Of a stretch of 64,000 bases of DNA, positions 47,691 through 57,810 are shown in pieces. This DNA comes from Pseudobdellovibrionaceae bacterium (GTDB lineage: Bacteria > Bdellovibrionota > Bdellovibrionia > Bdellovibrionales > Bdellovibrionaceae). The translations under genes and the position numbers were made by a program. Numbering within the stretch: the stretch's first letter is position 1; each line of letters starts with the position of its first letter. The stretch covers positions 64,001 through 128,000 of the forward strand of contig JBDHWW010000003.1 of the NCBI GenBank assembly GCA_039810425.1, given 5' to 3'. Below the pieces are notes generated by a model. It worked only from the letters and a program-made list of their open reading frames with translations, was not told the DNA's origin and made no database searches.

Positions 47691-48399
47691 CCGATGAATA
47701 TATCTTTTTTGCCGATGGCCGCGGGCAAATTCATCATATTGTGAATTAATTTCCTCTGTGCCTAAAAGTTCCTCAAAGCCGTTTAAAACCCCGCGAACTC
47801 CCTTGATAATTTGATAAAGCCGGAAGGTCCCCCAAGACAAAATCTTAGTAAAAGGGCGAAGATCAAAAAGGCCCTTGAGGGACCTTCCTTTAAACTTTGA
47901 TAATAGGCTCACTGAGAGTAAGAAACTTATAGCATGGGTTTTTCGCATGAATTTTAAAGAGCAGCTCTAACGCAAATCACATTGCCCGTAAGAGCGCCTA
48001 GCCCCTTCGCCCCGAAGCAAAGCTCCACACACAAAAATCACGTCAACAGGAAATTACACAATTATTTTGTATCTGTTTGCAGTGCATTTGACATTGGAAT
48101 GACGTTCGCACTTTAAAAATCTGAAACACTGTTCCCGTTGATCAAAAGGAAACTAATCCTACCACCAATGGAGTCCATTACGGCCATGAAAGCTCTTTTA
48201 CTGATTATTTTCCTTTTCAGCGCTTCCGGTGAAGCCATGGGTTGGTACGATCAGATCCATGGCGTTTTGTCTTTAAAAGACGATACTAAAATCATGGTGT
48301 TGACAGTAACTTCTTGCGGGTAAAGTCTGTTCTTCTAATGAACAAAATAAAATTTAGGTTCCTGGTTCTCACAAAGTTTTTCTTATCTTTGGAGGGTCT

Positions 48400-49860
48400 A
48401 TGAAATCCGGTTTTTCTTTGGTTCTAAGTTCTCTGACGGTCTTGACTCTGACCGCCACTGCCGCCAGTGGGAAGAAAATCGATAGCCTGGAGGATCTCAG
48501 CCGCGATGCCTATATCTGGGGCTATCCGGCAGTCTATTTGAGTAAAGCGCGCGAAGCGATGCTCAGCAAAACCAAAGGTGGTCTGGAATCTATCAATCAC
48601 TTTTATCACTCCAGTAAAATTCCTGACCCGTTTGTTGGCCACTTTTTAAATGTGAATCCCGAGAATCTCTATAGCTGGGCCTGGGTTGACCTGAGTAAAG
48701 AGCCCTTGATCATGACCCATCCGGCAATCAGTGCCCGGTACTATTCAGTGCAGTTCGTAGATGCCTATTCCACCGTATTTCATGCGATCAGCAATGTGAA
48801 CTTTGGCGAAAAAGCAGGAACCTTTATTTTAACCGGACCAAGCTGGAAAGGCGAGGCGCCGAAAGATCTTCATCAAGTGCGCGCTTCGACGCCTGAAGTG
48901 CTGATCGTTGCGCAGACCTTTGTGAAAGATGCTAAAGAGCTTTCGAGCGCCGCAAAACTTGCGAGTCAGCGCCAACTGATTCCACTTTCAAGCTGGCAAA
49001 AAGGCATTCAAGTAGATACTTTTAAAGGCGCTTATCCAACGGCGCCACTGAAAATCAGTAAAAATATCGCCGCTAGCGGCACCCAATTCTACGAAGAGCT
49101 TCGCCGGGTTGTGGAAAAAAATCCACCGCCCACTCAAGCGAACGTAAAAGAATTCAATCGCTTTAAACCACTTGGTTTGCAAGATGAAGCAACACTACAG
49201 GCGGCTTTAGCCGGCGAAACCACCGGAAAAATGATGGAGCACGGACTCTTCGAAGGCGAGCGAGAAATTCAACAGCGCCTTGCGACCGGCTTTGGTGCTA
49301 GAATCAATGGCTGGGTCTATGAGCTGAAGGCTCCTCCCTTTACCGATGACTACATGATCAGAGCTGCGGCATCACAGAGATATCTCTTTTCACAGCCTCC
49401 GGAAGAAAGCGTGCAAATGGCCCTTGAGGCCGACAGCGAGGGCCGCCAGCTCACCGGGAGTTATCGCTATGTGCTGCACTTTGAAAAAGATGATTTTCCA
49501 CCGGCCCGGTACATGTGGTCACTCCGAGTGCACGAGCTCAAGAGTAAAAACCTCGATGATTTAAGCCGGGCGATTTCTTTCTTGAACGACAAGTCGTCGT
49601 CGCTCAAATACAATATGGACGGCTCGATGGATCTGTTGCTGCAAGAGGAAAAACCGGCCAAAATCTATCGTTCCAACTGGCTTCCTATCACCAGCAATGC
49701 GAATTTCTACGTGGTATTGACGCTGTATAACCCCAGCAATTCAGTGCTAAACCGCAAGTATATTGCACCTTCTCTGGTGCGAGTGGATGAGAGCACCATT
49801 CCTAAGCAGCGCGTGACTCACACAATGATGGCGGATGCCACAGAGCCTGTTTCAAAGTGA
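48400..49860 (+). CDS. DUF1254/DUF1214 domain exported protein
   Basis: AYIWGYP, LYSWAWVDLSKEP, RYYSVQFVDAY, DSEGRQLTG...Y, NWLP, LYNP. Confidence 0.85.
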   Translation: MKSGFSLVLSSLTVLTLTATAASGKKIDSLEDLSRDAYIWGYPAVYLSKAREAMLSKTKGGLESINHFYHSSKIPDPFVGHFLNVNPENLYSWAWVDLSKEPLIMTHPAISARYYSVQFVDAYSTVFHAISNVNFGEKAGTFILTGPSWKGEAPKDLHQVRASTPEVLIVAQTFVKDAKELSSAAKLASQRQLIPLSSWQKGIQVDTFKGAYPTAPLKISKNIAASGTQFYEELRRVVEKNPPPTQANVKEFNRFKPLGLQDEATLQAALAGETTGKMMEHGLFEGEREIQQRLATGFGARINGWVYELKAPPFTDDYMIRAAASQRYLFSQPPEESVQMALEADSEGRQLTGSYRYVLHFEKDDFPPARYMWSLRVHELKSKNLDDLSRAISFLNDKSSSLKYNMDGSMDLLLQEEKPAKIYRSNWLPITSNANFYVVLTLYNPSNSVLNRKYIAPSLVRVDESTIPKQRVTHTMMADATEPVSK

Positions 49861-49939
49861 GACGGGCTCAAAAAGGGCACTCTTCTCAAGAGTTTGACAG
49901 GTAATTTTTCCTCACTCCCCCCTAAATTGTCTCTGTCTG

Positions 49940-49955
49940 TGGCACAGGCTCTGCT
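49940..49955 (+). promoter_or_regulatory. Sigma54 promoter candidate for lipoprotein 50025
   Basis: TGGCAC-AGGCT-CTGCT. Confidence 0.6.
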
Positions 49956-50024
49956 ATTGACCTCATATGTAGGCTTCTAATGAAGAAGCGTAATAACCAT
50001 GGCCGCCCTGAAAAAGAGGACATT

Positions 50025-50774
50025 ATGAAAAATTTCATTTTCTTAATCGCTGGTTTTCTAGTTTCCGCTTTCATCGTTGCCTGCGGCTCAGGAAGCAGCG
50101 ATAACAACGGTGGCAACCCCACAGTCCAATGCCCGGCTGGAACCACCTTCCAAAACGGCTACTGTGTTGGACCTAATGGCAATGTGATACAAACTGGATC
50201 CGTCGGTTTCTACTCAGAAAACTGGTACAATCGATCTTTGACGGTGAGTTCCGGCAATGGGATGAGAGAATTCCTGAAAAATGCCATGGGCGTATGTGAC
50301 CGCAACCACTCTGACGGCGGCCTTGCGGACTGTTCCGCGTGGTTGTCAGGTTCCTTTGATGTCGTGATGCAATCTCCGAACACACAAACAAACACGGTTC
50401 AAGTGACTTTCAGAGCAAAACCAAAAACAAGTCCGTATGGTTACTATTCATACTCATTCCCATCAGGAGGTCAGTTGGCGGGTGCGCTGTTAGGTTTCCC
50501 AGTTGTATCAAACCCGAGCGCTGTTCGAAATCCTTTGCAGCTCAATCTGACGGTGTCTGTAACGAATAACTACCAAGGCTTTGAAACACGCGGCTACGGC
50601 GACTTCTACACAAATGCCAACAGAAGCTTGATCCAAATTCAAGTTGCTAAAGGAAAACTTGAAGATCCAAGTTTCGATTATCGTATCGCATACCGCGGCG
50701 AAATTATTGTTACGGGAACTTTTGTCCGCTGCAACACTGCAGATTGCGGATTGTCCTCTCCTATCGGATATTAA
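50025..50774 (+). CDS. Hypothetical lipoprotein
   Basis: GAGGA RBS, lipobox IVAC, six further Cys, beta-rich. Confidence 0.75.
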   Translation: MKNFIFLIAGFLVSAFIVACGSGSSDNNGGNPTVQCPAGTTFQNGYCVGPNGNVIQTGSVGFYSENWYNRSLTVSSGNGMREFLKNAMGVCDRNHSDGGLADCSAWLSGSFDVVMQSPNTQTNTVQVTFRAKPKTSPYGYYSYSFPSGGQLAGALLGFPVVSNPSAVRNPLQLNLTVSVTNNYQGFETRGYGDFYTNANRSLIQIQVAKGKLEDPSFDYRIAYRGEIIVTGTFVRCNTADCGLSSPIGY

Positions 50775-50839
50775 TTCGGGCGCTGTGCGCAGGATGCGGA
50801 GGGCCCGAGGCCCGCAACTTGCCTTGGCCCGGAGCTGAC

Positions 50840-51073
50840 ATGAAAAAAGAAAATCAAAACCATTTTAACCCTAAACGCAAAATCAAATGCCCACAATGTG
50901 GGCGTTTGACGGTTTTCTCCTCTGAAAATCCCTTTCGACCTTTCTGTTCTGAACGCTGCCGCATGATCGATCTCGGACAGTGGGCGGATGAGTCGTATCG
51001 CATTCCGATTGAACAGAGTTCTGTCTCTAGCGAACTCGAGATTCCTGAAGAAGATGCTGATAATTATCAATAG
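50840..51073 (+). CDS. yacG: DNA gyrase inhibitor YacG
   Basis: CPQCG...[31 protein letters not shown] before ATG 50840. Confidence 0.92.
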   Translation: MKKENQNHFNPKRKIKCPQCGRLTVFSSENPFRPFCSERCRMIDLGQWADESYRIPIEQSSVSSELEIPEEDADNYQ

Positions 51074-51168
51074 GTCTTACTTTTTGATGTTGACGAATTC
51101 TTGTTTTTGTCTTTTCATTGTGCTCATTAGAGGAAGAGTTAACAACATTGACACAATGAGGAGTCAAA

Positions 51169-51441
51169 ATGAACAAAGCTCAATTGATCGAAAAGATCGC
51201 TACTGAAACTAAAACTTCTAAAGCTCAAGCTGAAGCAATCTTGGATTGCGCTATCGAGAACATCAAAAAAACTGTTAAAAAAGGTGATGATGTAAAACTC
51301 GTTGGTTTCGGTACTTTCACTAAAGCTAAACGTAAAGCTCGCACTGGTCGCAACCCACAAACTGGTAAAGCGATTAAAATCCCAGCTTCTTGGGCTCCAA
51401 AATTCCGTGCTGGCGCGGAATTCAAATCAATGGTTAAGTAA
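51169..51441 (+). CDS. hup: DNA-binding protein HU
   Basis: MNKAQLI...VKLVGFGTF...ARTGRNPQTG...PKFRAG. Confidence 0.97.
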   Translation: MNKAQLIEKIATETKTSKAQAEAILDCAIENIKKTVKKGDDVKLVGFGTFTKAKRKARTGRNPQTGKAIKIPASWAPKFRAGAEFKSMVK

Positions 51442-51463
51442 TTTATTACTGACTAATGATTCC

Positions 51464-51495
51464 AAAAAGGATCGCGAAAGCGATCCTTTTTTTTT
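51464..51495 (+). terminator. Rho-independent terminator after HU
   Basis: AAAAGGATCGC-gaaa-GCGATCCTTTTTTTT. Confidence 0.9.
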
Positions 51496-51609
51496 GGCGC
51501 TAACGCAGGCGCACAAAGAGCCCGCGCGAACACCAGAGGCCTCATGAAAATCGCCATCCTTGTGACTGGAACACTCTTGTGCTAGCCTCATTTCACCGAG
51601 GAATTCATC

Positions 51610-52584
51610 ATGAAGAAAATTGGCGTATATACATCTGGCGGAGACGCTCCTGGCATGAATGCGGCCATTCGAGCAGTGGTTCGGATGGGAATCGCGAAGG
51701 GCCTTGAAGTCTACGGAATCTTTCACGGTTACGCCGGTATGATCGAAGGAAACATTTCTCAACTGCAGCTGCGTGATGTCGCCAATATTATTCAGCGCGG
51801 AGGGACCGTTTTAAAAACCGGCCGCTCTGCCGAATTCATGAAACCGGAGTACCGCAAAAAAGCGGCCGACAGTCTCCGCACACAGGGAATCGAAGGTTTG
51901 GTGTGCATCGGCGGTGATGGCTCTTACCGTGGGGCCCATGCACTTTGGGAAGAACATAAAATTCCTGTTGTCGGTATTCCCGGCACCATTGATAACGATA
52001 TTTTCGGCTCTGATAACACCATCGGCTTTGACACGGCAGTAAATACCGCTCTCGATGCGATCGATAAAATCCGCGACACGGCCGCCAGCCATGACCGCCT
52101 ATTCATTGTTGAAGTGATGGGCCGAAACTCCGGTCACATTGCTTCTCATGTGGGCCTGGCCGGTGGTGCGGAGGAAATCTTCACACCCGATGCGAACACC
52201 ACTGTTGATAAAGCTGTGGAAAGAATTAAAGCGTCCATGAAACGCGGAAAAACCAGCTCGATTATCGTGGCTGCAGAGGGGCAAAAGCCCGGCCGAGCTT
52301 ACGATTTGGCCGAAGCCATACGTAAAAAATCGGGTCTTGATGCCAAGGTCTGCATTCTTGGTCACATTCAGCGCGGTGGCAGCCCGACGGCGAGTGACCG
52401 TATTCTGGCTTCACGCATGGGAGCGGCCGCGATTGAAACGCTGCTGGCAGGCCAATCCGACGTCATGGTCGGGACTGAAGCTGATAGATTGATCACGATG
52501 TCTCTGGAAATCGTGACCAAATCAGAGAAAAAGAGCACGAGTTCGATGGATCTCGTGAATCTCGCGGTGGCGCTGTCGATTTAG
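51610..52584 (+). CDS. pfkA: ATP-dependent 6-phosphofructokinase
   Basis: TSGGDAPGMNAAIR, GGDGS, PGTIDND, EVMGR, LGHIQRGG. Confidence 0.96.
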   Translation: MKKIGVYTSGGDAPGMNAAIRAVVRMGIAKGLEVYGIFHGYAGMIEGNISQLQLRDVANIIQRGGTVLKTGRSAEFMKPEYRKKAADSLRTQGIEGLVCIGGDGSYRGAHALWEEHKIPVVGIPGTIDNDIFGSDNTIGFDTAVNTALDAIDKIRDTAASHDRLFIVEVMGRNSGHIASHVGLAGGAEEIFTPDANTTVDKAVERIKASMKRGKTSSIIVAAEGQKPGRAYDLAEAIRKKSGLDAKVCILGHIQRGGSPTASDRILASRMGAAAIETLLAGQSDVMVGTEADRLITMSLEIVTKSEKKSTSSMDLVNLAVALSI

Positions 52585-52755
52585 CCGCTTTCTTGGCGGT
52601 CCTCCGGGGCCATCAGGTTCTTGTGTCTCGGGATACGCACGCACTTTTTTGGTACTTGCACATACCTGCTCCTTCTTGGTCTCAGCGTAAATAAAAATTG
52701 ACCGAACCTCTTGTGATTGCAATTATTTGCAATATAGAAACAGGAGTCTAAAAAT

Positions 52756-53877
52756 ATGAAAAAAATGATCGTCGCTCTCCTCATGGTTTTGCCGTTGATG
52801 GGTGCCTGTACTAAAAAAAGCAACGAAATCCTTGTCGGGGAATACGGTTCTTTGACTGGTAACGACGCCACGTTCGGCCTTTCCACGAACAAAGGCTTGC
52901 GCATGGCCTTTGAAGAAATAAACGCTGCCGGTGGAATCAATGGCAAAAAAATCAAGCTTATCACTATTGATGACCAAGGCAAAAGCGATGAAGCGGCCGC
53001 GGCCGTAACCCGTTTGATCACTCAAGATAACGTTGTTGCGATTATCGGTGAAGTTGCCAGCGGGCGCTCTAAAGCCGGTGCTCCGATCGCTCAAAAGCAC
53101 CAGATCCCGATGATCACTCATGCTTCAACAAATCCAACGGTGACTCAAGTGGGCGATTATATCTTCCGTACTTGCTTCATTGATCCATTCCAAGGTTTTG
53201 TGGTTGCCAAATTTGCCAACCAAAACTTGAAAGCTAAAAAAGCAGCTGTGCTTCGTGATGTGAAATCTGAATACTCTGTGGGTTTGGCCGATGTTTTCGT
53301 GACTGAGTTCAAAAAAATGGGCGGCGAGATCGTAACAGACTTGAGCTATCAAGGAAACGATATCGATTTTAAAGCCCAATTGACTCAAATCCGCTCTAAG
53401 AATCCAGATGTGATCTTTATTCCTGGTTACTATACTGAAGTGGGTCTGATAGCGCAGCAAGCACGTCAGCTTGGCATCAAGGCAACCTTGCTAGGTGGTG
53501 ACGGCTGGGATTCTGCCCGTTTGAGCGAAATCGGTAAAGACGCGATCAATGGCAGCTACTACTCAAATCACTACACGACTGAATCCACGGATCCATTGGT
53601 TGTGGATTTCGTTAAAAAGTTTAAAGAGAAATACAACGAGACTCCGGATGTGATGGCGGCCTTGGCATACGATGCTGGCAAGATCTTGGCGGCGGCAATG
53701 GCTCGCACGAAAGAAGTGACTCCTAAAAACATCCGCGACGAAATTACTAAAACCAAAGATTTCCCCGGTGTGACTGGAAAAATCAGTTTGAATGCTGACC
53801 GCAACGCGGATAAGAGCGCCGTGATCGTGCAAGTTCAAGGTCCTGAGCGTAAATACGTCACCACGATTGCTCAGTAA
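52756..53877 (+). CDS. livK: Branched-chain amino acid ABC transporter substrate-binding lipoprotein
   Basis: Lipobox MGAC, EEINAAGGING, FRTCFIDPFQG, DFKAQLTQI; first gene of the liv operon. Confidence 0.88.
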   Translation: MKKMIVALLMVLPLMGACTKKSNEILVGEYGSLTGNDATFGLSTNKGLRMAFEEINAAGGINGKKIKLITIDDQGKSDEAAAAVTRLITQDNVVAIIGEVASGRSKAGAPIAQKHQIPMITHASTNPTVTQVGDYIFRTCFIDPFQGFVVAKFANQNLKAKKAAVLRDVKSEYSVGLADVFVTEFKKMGGEIVTDLSYQGNDIDFKAQLTQIRSKNPDVIFIPGYYTEVGLIAQQARQLGIKATLLGGDGWDSARLSEIGKDAINGSYYSNHYTTESTDPLVVDFVKKFKEKYNETPDVMAALAYDAGKILAAAMARTKEVTPKNIRDEITKTKDFPGVTGKISLNADRNADKSAVIVQVQGPERKYVTTIAQ

Positions 53878-53885
53878 GGATCGGC

Positions 53886-54788
53886 ATGCAGGATTTCATT
53901 CAGCACTTGATTAACGGCATTAGCCTCGGAAGCATTTACGCATTAATCGCTCTTGGCTATACGATGGTGTATGGAATCATGCAGATGATCAACTTCGCCC
54001 ATGCAGATGTTTACATGGTGGGCGCGTTTACCGCGTATTATACGGCAAAATGGATGGGCCTGGAAAATTCGCCCGGCCTTTCCACTTTTGCGATCTTGTT
54101 GGCCGCGGCCATGGTTGTTTGCAGCCTCTTGGGGGTTGCGATTGAACGCTTTGCTTATCGTCCTCTCCGTCACTCTCCGAAGCTGAATGTTTTGATTACT
54201 GCTATCGGTGTGAGTTTACTTTTAGAATTTTCTGGCCAAGTTATTTTTGGCGCCGATCCCAAAGTCTTTCCTGAAGTCATGAAAGATTTTGTGATCAGCA
54301 GCTTCGGCGGCATCGACTTGAAATCGTCTGATATCACCGTTCTCGGAGTCAGCCTCATTGCCATGGTGGCTTTGACCTTCATCATTCAGAAAACTAAAAC
54401 CGGACGCGCAATGCGCGCTGTGAGCACAAATGCCCCGGTAGCAGCGATGCTTGGAGTCAATACAAATAGAATTATTTCTTTCACTTTCATCGTGGGCTCT
54501 TCGCTTGCCGCGATTGGCAGTATCCTTGTCGGCATGAAGTATCCCAAGATCGAGCCGCTCATGGGAATGATGATCGGGATGAAGGCTTTTGTGGCCGCAG
54601 TTCTCGGCGGCATCGGCAATATCCAAGGTGCGGTTCTCGGCGCATTGATCATGGGGCTTTCGGAAGAAATGGTTGTCGCTTACTTATCCAGTACGTATCG
54701 TGATGCTTTGGCTTTCGGTATCTTGATCATTATCCTGATTCTGAAGCCGGCAGGCCTTCTCGGAAAGTACACGGTGGAAAAAGTATGA
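53886..54788 (+). CDS. livH: Branched-chain amino acid ABC permease
   Basis: GSIYALIALGYTMVYG..INFAH, GRAMRA, KAFVAAVLGG. Confidence 0.93.
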   Translation: MQDFIQHLINGISLGSIYALIALGYTMVYGIMQMINFAHADVYMVGAFTAYYTAKWMGLENSPGLSTFAILLAAAMVVCSLLGVAIERFAYRPLRHSPKLNVLITAIGVSLLLEFSGQVIFGADPKVFPEVMKDFVISSFGGIDLKSSDITVLGVSLIAMVALTFIIQKTKTGRAMRAVSTNAPVAAMLGVNTNRIISFTFIVGSSLAAIGSILVGMKYPKIEPLMGMMIGMKAFVAAVLGGIGNIQGAVLGALIMGLSEEMVVAYLSSTYRDALAFGILIIILILKPAGLLGKYTVEKV

Positions 54789-55750
54789 TTCGCGCTTTTA
54801 AAGCCCCTCTGGCTTCGCTAATCATATTACTTGTTCTTGGTTTGATTCTCGATTTTGGTTTTAACGCCTATATTCAACTGATGACTCTGTTTGTAATCAT
54901 CAATGCGATCATGGCCATGAGTCTAAACCTCGTCAATGGTTATACCGGTCAGTTTTCCCTGGGCCACGCGGGCTTTATGGCGATCGGTGCTTATGTGGCT
55001 GCTTTCTTGAGCACCACCTACCCGTTCTTTGCCACTCCGTTTGGGATCATTTTTACTTCTATCGGTGGCGGTTTACTGGCGGCCTTTGCGGGCTGGCTTG
55101 TGGGCCTGCCTTCTTTACGCTTAAAAGGCGACTACCTTGCGATCGTAACCTTGGGCTTTGGTGAAATCATTCGCGTCGCACTTTTGAATATGGAATCGCT
55201 GGGCGGCGCGCGCGGGATTTCGGGTATTCCTTCCTTTCCGAATTTTCTCACAAGCTATAGCTATGCAACTATTTGGGCTTTGATTTGTTTTTTTGTGATT
55301 TGGCGCTTGGTTCAAAGCAGCCACGGCCGGGGGTTCTTGAGCGTACGCGAGGACGAAATCGCCGCCCAAGCCATGGGCATCAACACGACGCAAATGAAAG
55401 TGCGTGCTTTCGTTCTTTCAAGCTTCTTTGCCGGTGTGGCCGGTTCTTTGTTCTCATACGTCACTAATTTCATTAGCCCTTCGACGTTTACATTCCTATT
55501 GAGCGTGAATGCGGTCATCATGGTGGTTCTCGGTGGCATGGGGAGTATGACGGGCTCGATTGCCGCGGCGGTGTTTATTACAGCGATGCCGGAGCTTTTG
55601 CGCTCTTTGCAAGACATTACCAGCATTGACTTGCGCATGGTGATTTATTCTTTATTGCTGATTCTCGTAATGATTCTTCGACCTAAGGGCCTCTTCGGCG
55701 AAAATGAAATTACCGACATTTGGAGAAAATATGTCCGCAAATCTGCTTGA
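54785..55750 (+). CDS. livM: Branched-chain amino acid ABC permease
   Basis: GYTGQFSLGHAGF, LRLKGDYLAIVTLGFGEI, REDEIAA. Confidence 0.93.
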   Translation: MIRAFKAPLASLIILLVLGLILDFGFNAYIQLMTLFVIINAIMAMSLNLVNGYTGQFSLGHAGFMAIGAYVAAFLSTTYPFFATPFGIIFTSIGGGLLAAFAGWLVGLPSLRLKGDYLAIVTLGFGEIIRVALLNMESLGGARGISGIPSFPNFLTSYSYATIWALICFFVIWRLVQSSHGRGFLSVREDEIAAQAMGINTTQMKVRAFVLSSFFAGVAGSLFSYVTNFISPSTFTFLLSVNAVIMVVLGGMGSMTGSIAAAVFITAMPELLRSLQDITSIDLRMVIYSLLLILVMILRPKGLFGENEITDIWRKYVRKSA

Positions 55751-56501
55751 AGTGAAAAACATCACCATGCAGTTCGGCGGCCTGAAGGCCGTGGAATCGC
55801 TTTCGTTTTCAATTCCAAAAGGACAGCTGGCTGGTTTGATCGGCCCTAACGGCGCTGGTAAAACAACGGTTTTTAATATGCTGACCGGTGTTTATCAGCC
55901 AACAAAAGGTGAAATCCTTTTGAATGGCCAGAACCTTGTCGGCAAGAAGCCTTACCAAATTTCCCACTTGGGGATGACCCGCACGTTTCAGAACATCCGC
56001 TTGTTTAAAAACCTGACCGTGCTAGAAAACGTTTTGATTGCGACGCATCAGCACGTCAGCTATGGCTGGCGCGATTCTGTTTTGCTGAACAAGAAATTCC
56101 AAATACAAGAAGCTGAAATGCATGACAAGGCGAGGTCGTTGTTAAAAATCTTTCATCTTGAAAGCAAAGCTCGGGAAAAGGCCGGTTCACTGCCTTATGG
56201 TGAACAGCGAAAACTGGAGATCGTGCGCGCGATGGCAACCGATCCAAGCCTCATTTTGCTGGACGAGCCCGCCGCTGGCATGAATCACTCTGAGACCCAT
56301 CATTTAATGGAGACCATCGCTAAGATCCGTCAAGATTTCAAACTGACGATTCTTTTGATTGAACACGATATGAAACTTGTCATGGGTATTTGTGAAAATA
56401 TCACGGTGATTGATCATGGAGTCAAAATCGAAGAAGGCGTGGCCAAGAAGATCCAAACTTCAGAAAGAGTGATTCAAGCCTACCTAGGGGTTGAAGCATG
56501 A
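55731..56501 (+). CDS. livG: Branched-chain amino acid ABC ATPase
   Basis: FGGLKAV, GPNGAGKTT, LPYGEQR, LDEPAAG, IEHDM. Confidence 0.94.
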   Translation: MSANLLEVKNITMQFGGLKAVESLSFSIPKGQLAGLIGPNGAGKTTVFNMLTGVYQPTKGEILLNGQNLVGKKPYQISHLGMTRTFQNIRLFKNLTVLENVLIATHQHVSYGWRDSVLLNKKFQIQEAEMHDKARSLLKIFHLESKAREKAGSLPYGEQRKLEIVRAMATDPSLILLDEPAAGMNHSETHHLMETIAKIRQDFKLTILLIEHDMKLVMGICENITVIDHGVKIEEGVAKKIQTSERVIQAYLGVEA

Positions 56502-57211
56502 GCCGCGTCCTAATGAGTGTCCAGCATTTGGAAGTCTACTACGGCGCCATTCACGCGGTGAAAGGCCTTGATTTTGAAGTCCATGAAGGTGAAATCGTTT
56601 CTTTGATCGGCAGCAATGGGGCGGGCAAAACCACCACCCTGCGTGCCATCTGCGGGTTGGCAGAGGCTCAAGGCAAAGTGATACTCGATGGAAAGCCTTT
56701 ATTGGATATCCCCGTGCATGAGCGTGTTCACCATGGAATCGCACAATCCCCTGAGGGGCGCGGTATTTTTCAGAACCTCACCGTGCTTGAGAATTTGCAA
56801 ATGGGTGCTTACTCGCGCAAAGACAAGCCACAAATCCTTAAAGACCTTGAGTATTGCTATACGCTCTTTCCGCGCTTGAAAGAACGTGTACACCAGGTGG
56901 CCGGAACTCTTTCTGGGGGCGAACAACAGATGCTGGCGATTTCACGCGCCATTATGTGTAAACCGAAATTGTTGCTGCTGGATGAGCCTTCTTTGGGCCT
57001 GGCTCCCAAGATCGTTTCTCAGATCTTTGAGATTATTAAAAAGCTCAACTCCGGAGGCATGACGATCTTGCTGGTCGAACAAAACGCCAATCAAGCGTTG
57101 AAGATCGCTCATCGTGCGTATGTGCTTGAAACCGGCCGTATTACTCTCAGCGGCTCGGGCCAGGACCTTTTAAAGAACGATGAAGTTCGTAAGAGCTACC
57201 TCGGCGTCTAA
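56498..57211 (+). CDS. livF: Branched-chain amino acid ABC ATPase
   Basis: GSNGAGKTT, PEGRGIF, LSGGEQQMLA, LDEPSLGLAP, VEQN. Confidence 0.95.
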   Translation: MSRVLMSVQHLEVYYGAIHAVKGLDFEVHEGEIVSLIGSNGAGKTTTLRAICGLAEAQGKVILDGKPLLDIPVHERVHHGIAQSPEGRGIFQNLTVLENLQMGAYSRKDKPQILKDLEYCYTLFPRLKERVHQVAGTLSGGEQQMLAISRAIMCKPKLLLLDEPSLGLAPKIVSQIFEIIKKLNSGGMTILLVEQNANQALKIAHRAYVLETGRITLSGSGQDLLKNDEVRKSYLGV

Positions 57212-57270
57212 CCGATATTTTTTTGCAAACCCGGCCATCTATTCAGAACAGAGCTCTTTCACTCGGCCGG

Positions 57271-57687
57271 CTACTGGATTTCCGTCTTTTCGACGATGCC
57301 CCAAGTGCCGCCCGTCTTTTTCAGCTTCAGGTTGTAATGCTTGGTTTCCATTTTTTCAGCGATTTTAGCTTTCCAGTCTTTGCCAGAAATAGCCACGAGC
57401 TCAGGATAAACGGACTTCGAGAACGTCACAACCGTAAGTTTTGCGGTGGCATCATTGTCGCCTTGCAACTCAACGTCGCTGACATCAATTTGCGTATTCA
57501 ACTTAATGAAATCAGCAAAAATTTTCTGCTGTTCTTGATCGGCGAAGGTTGTTTTCGCGGCGCTTTGAGCTTCATTATCAAAGGCCTCTGCAGACATCAC
57601 TAAAGCGCGGTTCTTCACGCCCATTTTAGTGCAGCCAGTGAAAGCCAAAAGAAAACCCATCGAAATCAGTGCAATAAGCTTTTTCAT
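57271..57687 (-). CDS. Hypothetical lipoprotein (possibly NTF2-like)
   Basis: Lipobox FTGC; C-terminal LKLKKTGGTWGIV. Confidence 0.7.
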   Translation of the reverse strand: MKKLIALISMGFLLAFTGCTKMGVKNRALVMSAEAFDNEAQSAAKTTFADQEQQKIFADFIKLNTQIDVSDVELQGDNDATAKLTVVTFSKSVYPELVAISGKDWKAKIAEKMETKHYNLKLKKTGGTWGIVEKTEIQ

Positions 57688-57732
57688 GGCCCCAAACTAG
57701 GCCTATCCGGGGGGATTTTCAAGCGACAAAAC

Positions 57733-57767
57733 AAAAAAACCCCTCGAGTCATCACTCCCGAGGGGTT
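57733..57767 (-). terminator. Rho-independent terminator after flgE
   Basis: Plus strand AAAAAAACCCCTCG...CGAGGGGTT gives a hairpin plus U-tract on the minus strand. Confidence 0.75.
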
Positions 57768-57810
57768 GAGGTCATTACTTACTTATTACCTACGAACTAT
57801 GTGCTGCTCA

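Noticed and set aside
47691..47948. N-terminal 86 aa of the ORF-track metalloprotease
   Set aside because: The signal peptide begins at ATG 47690; the upstream part reads like intergenic sequence
51567..51582. Possible sigma54 site before pfkA
   Set aside because: Spacing is GG-N11-GC, not the required N10
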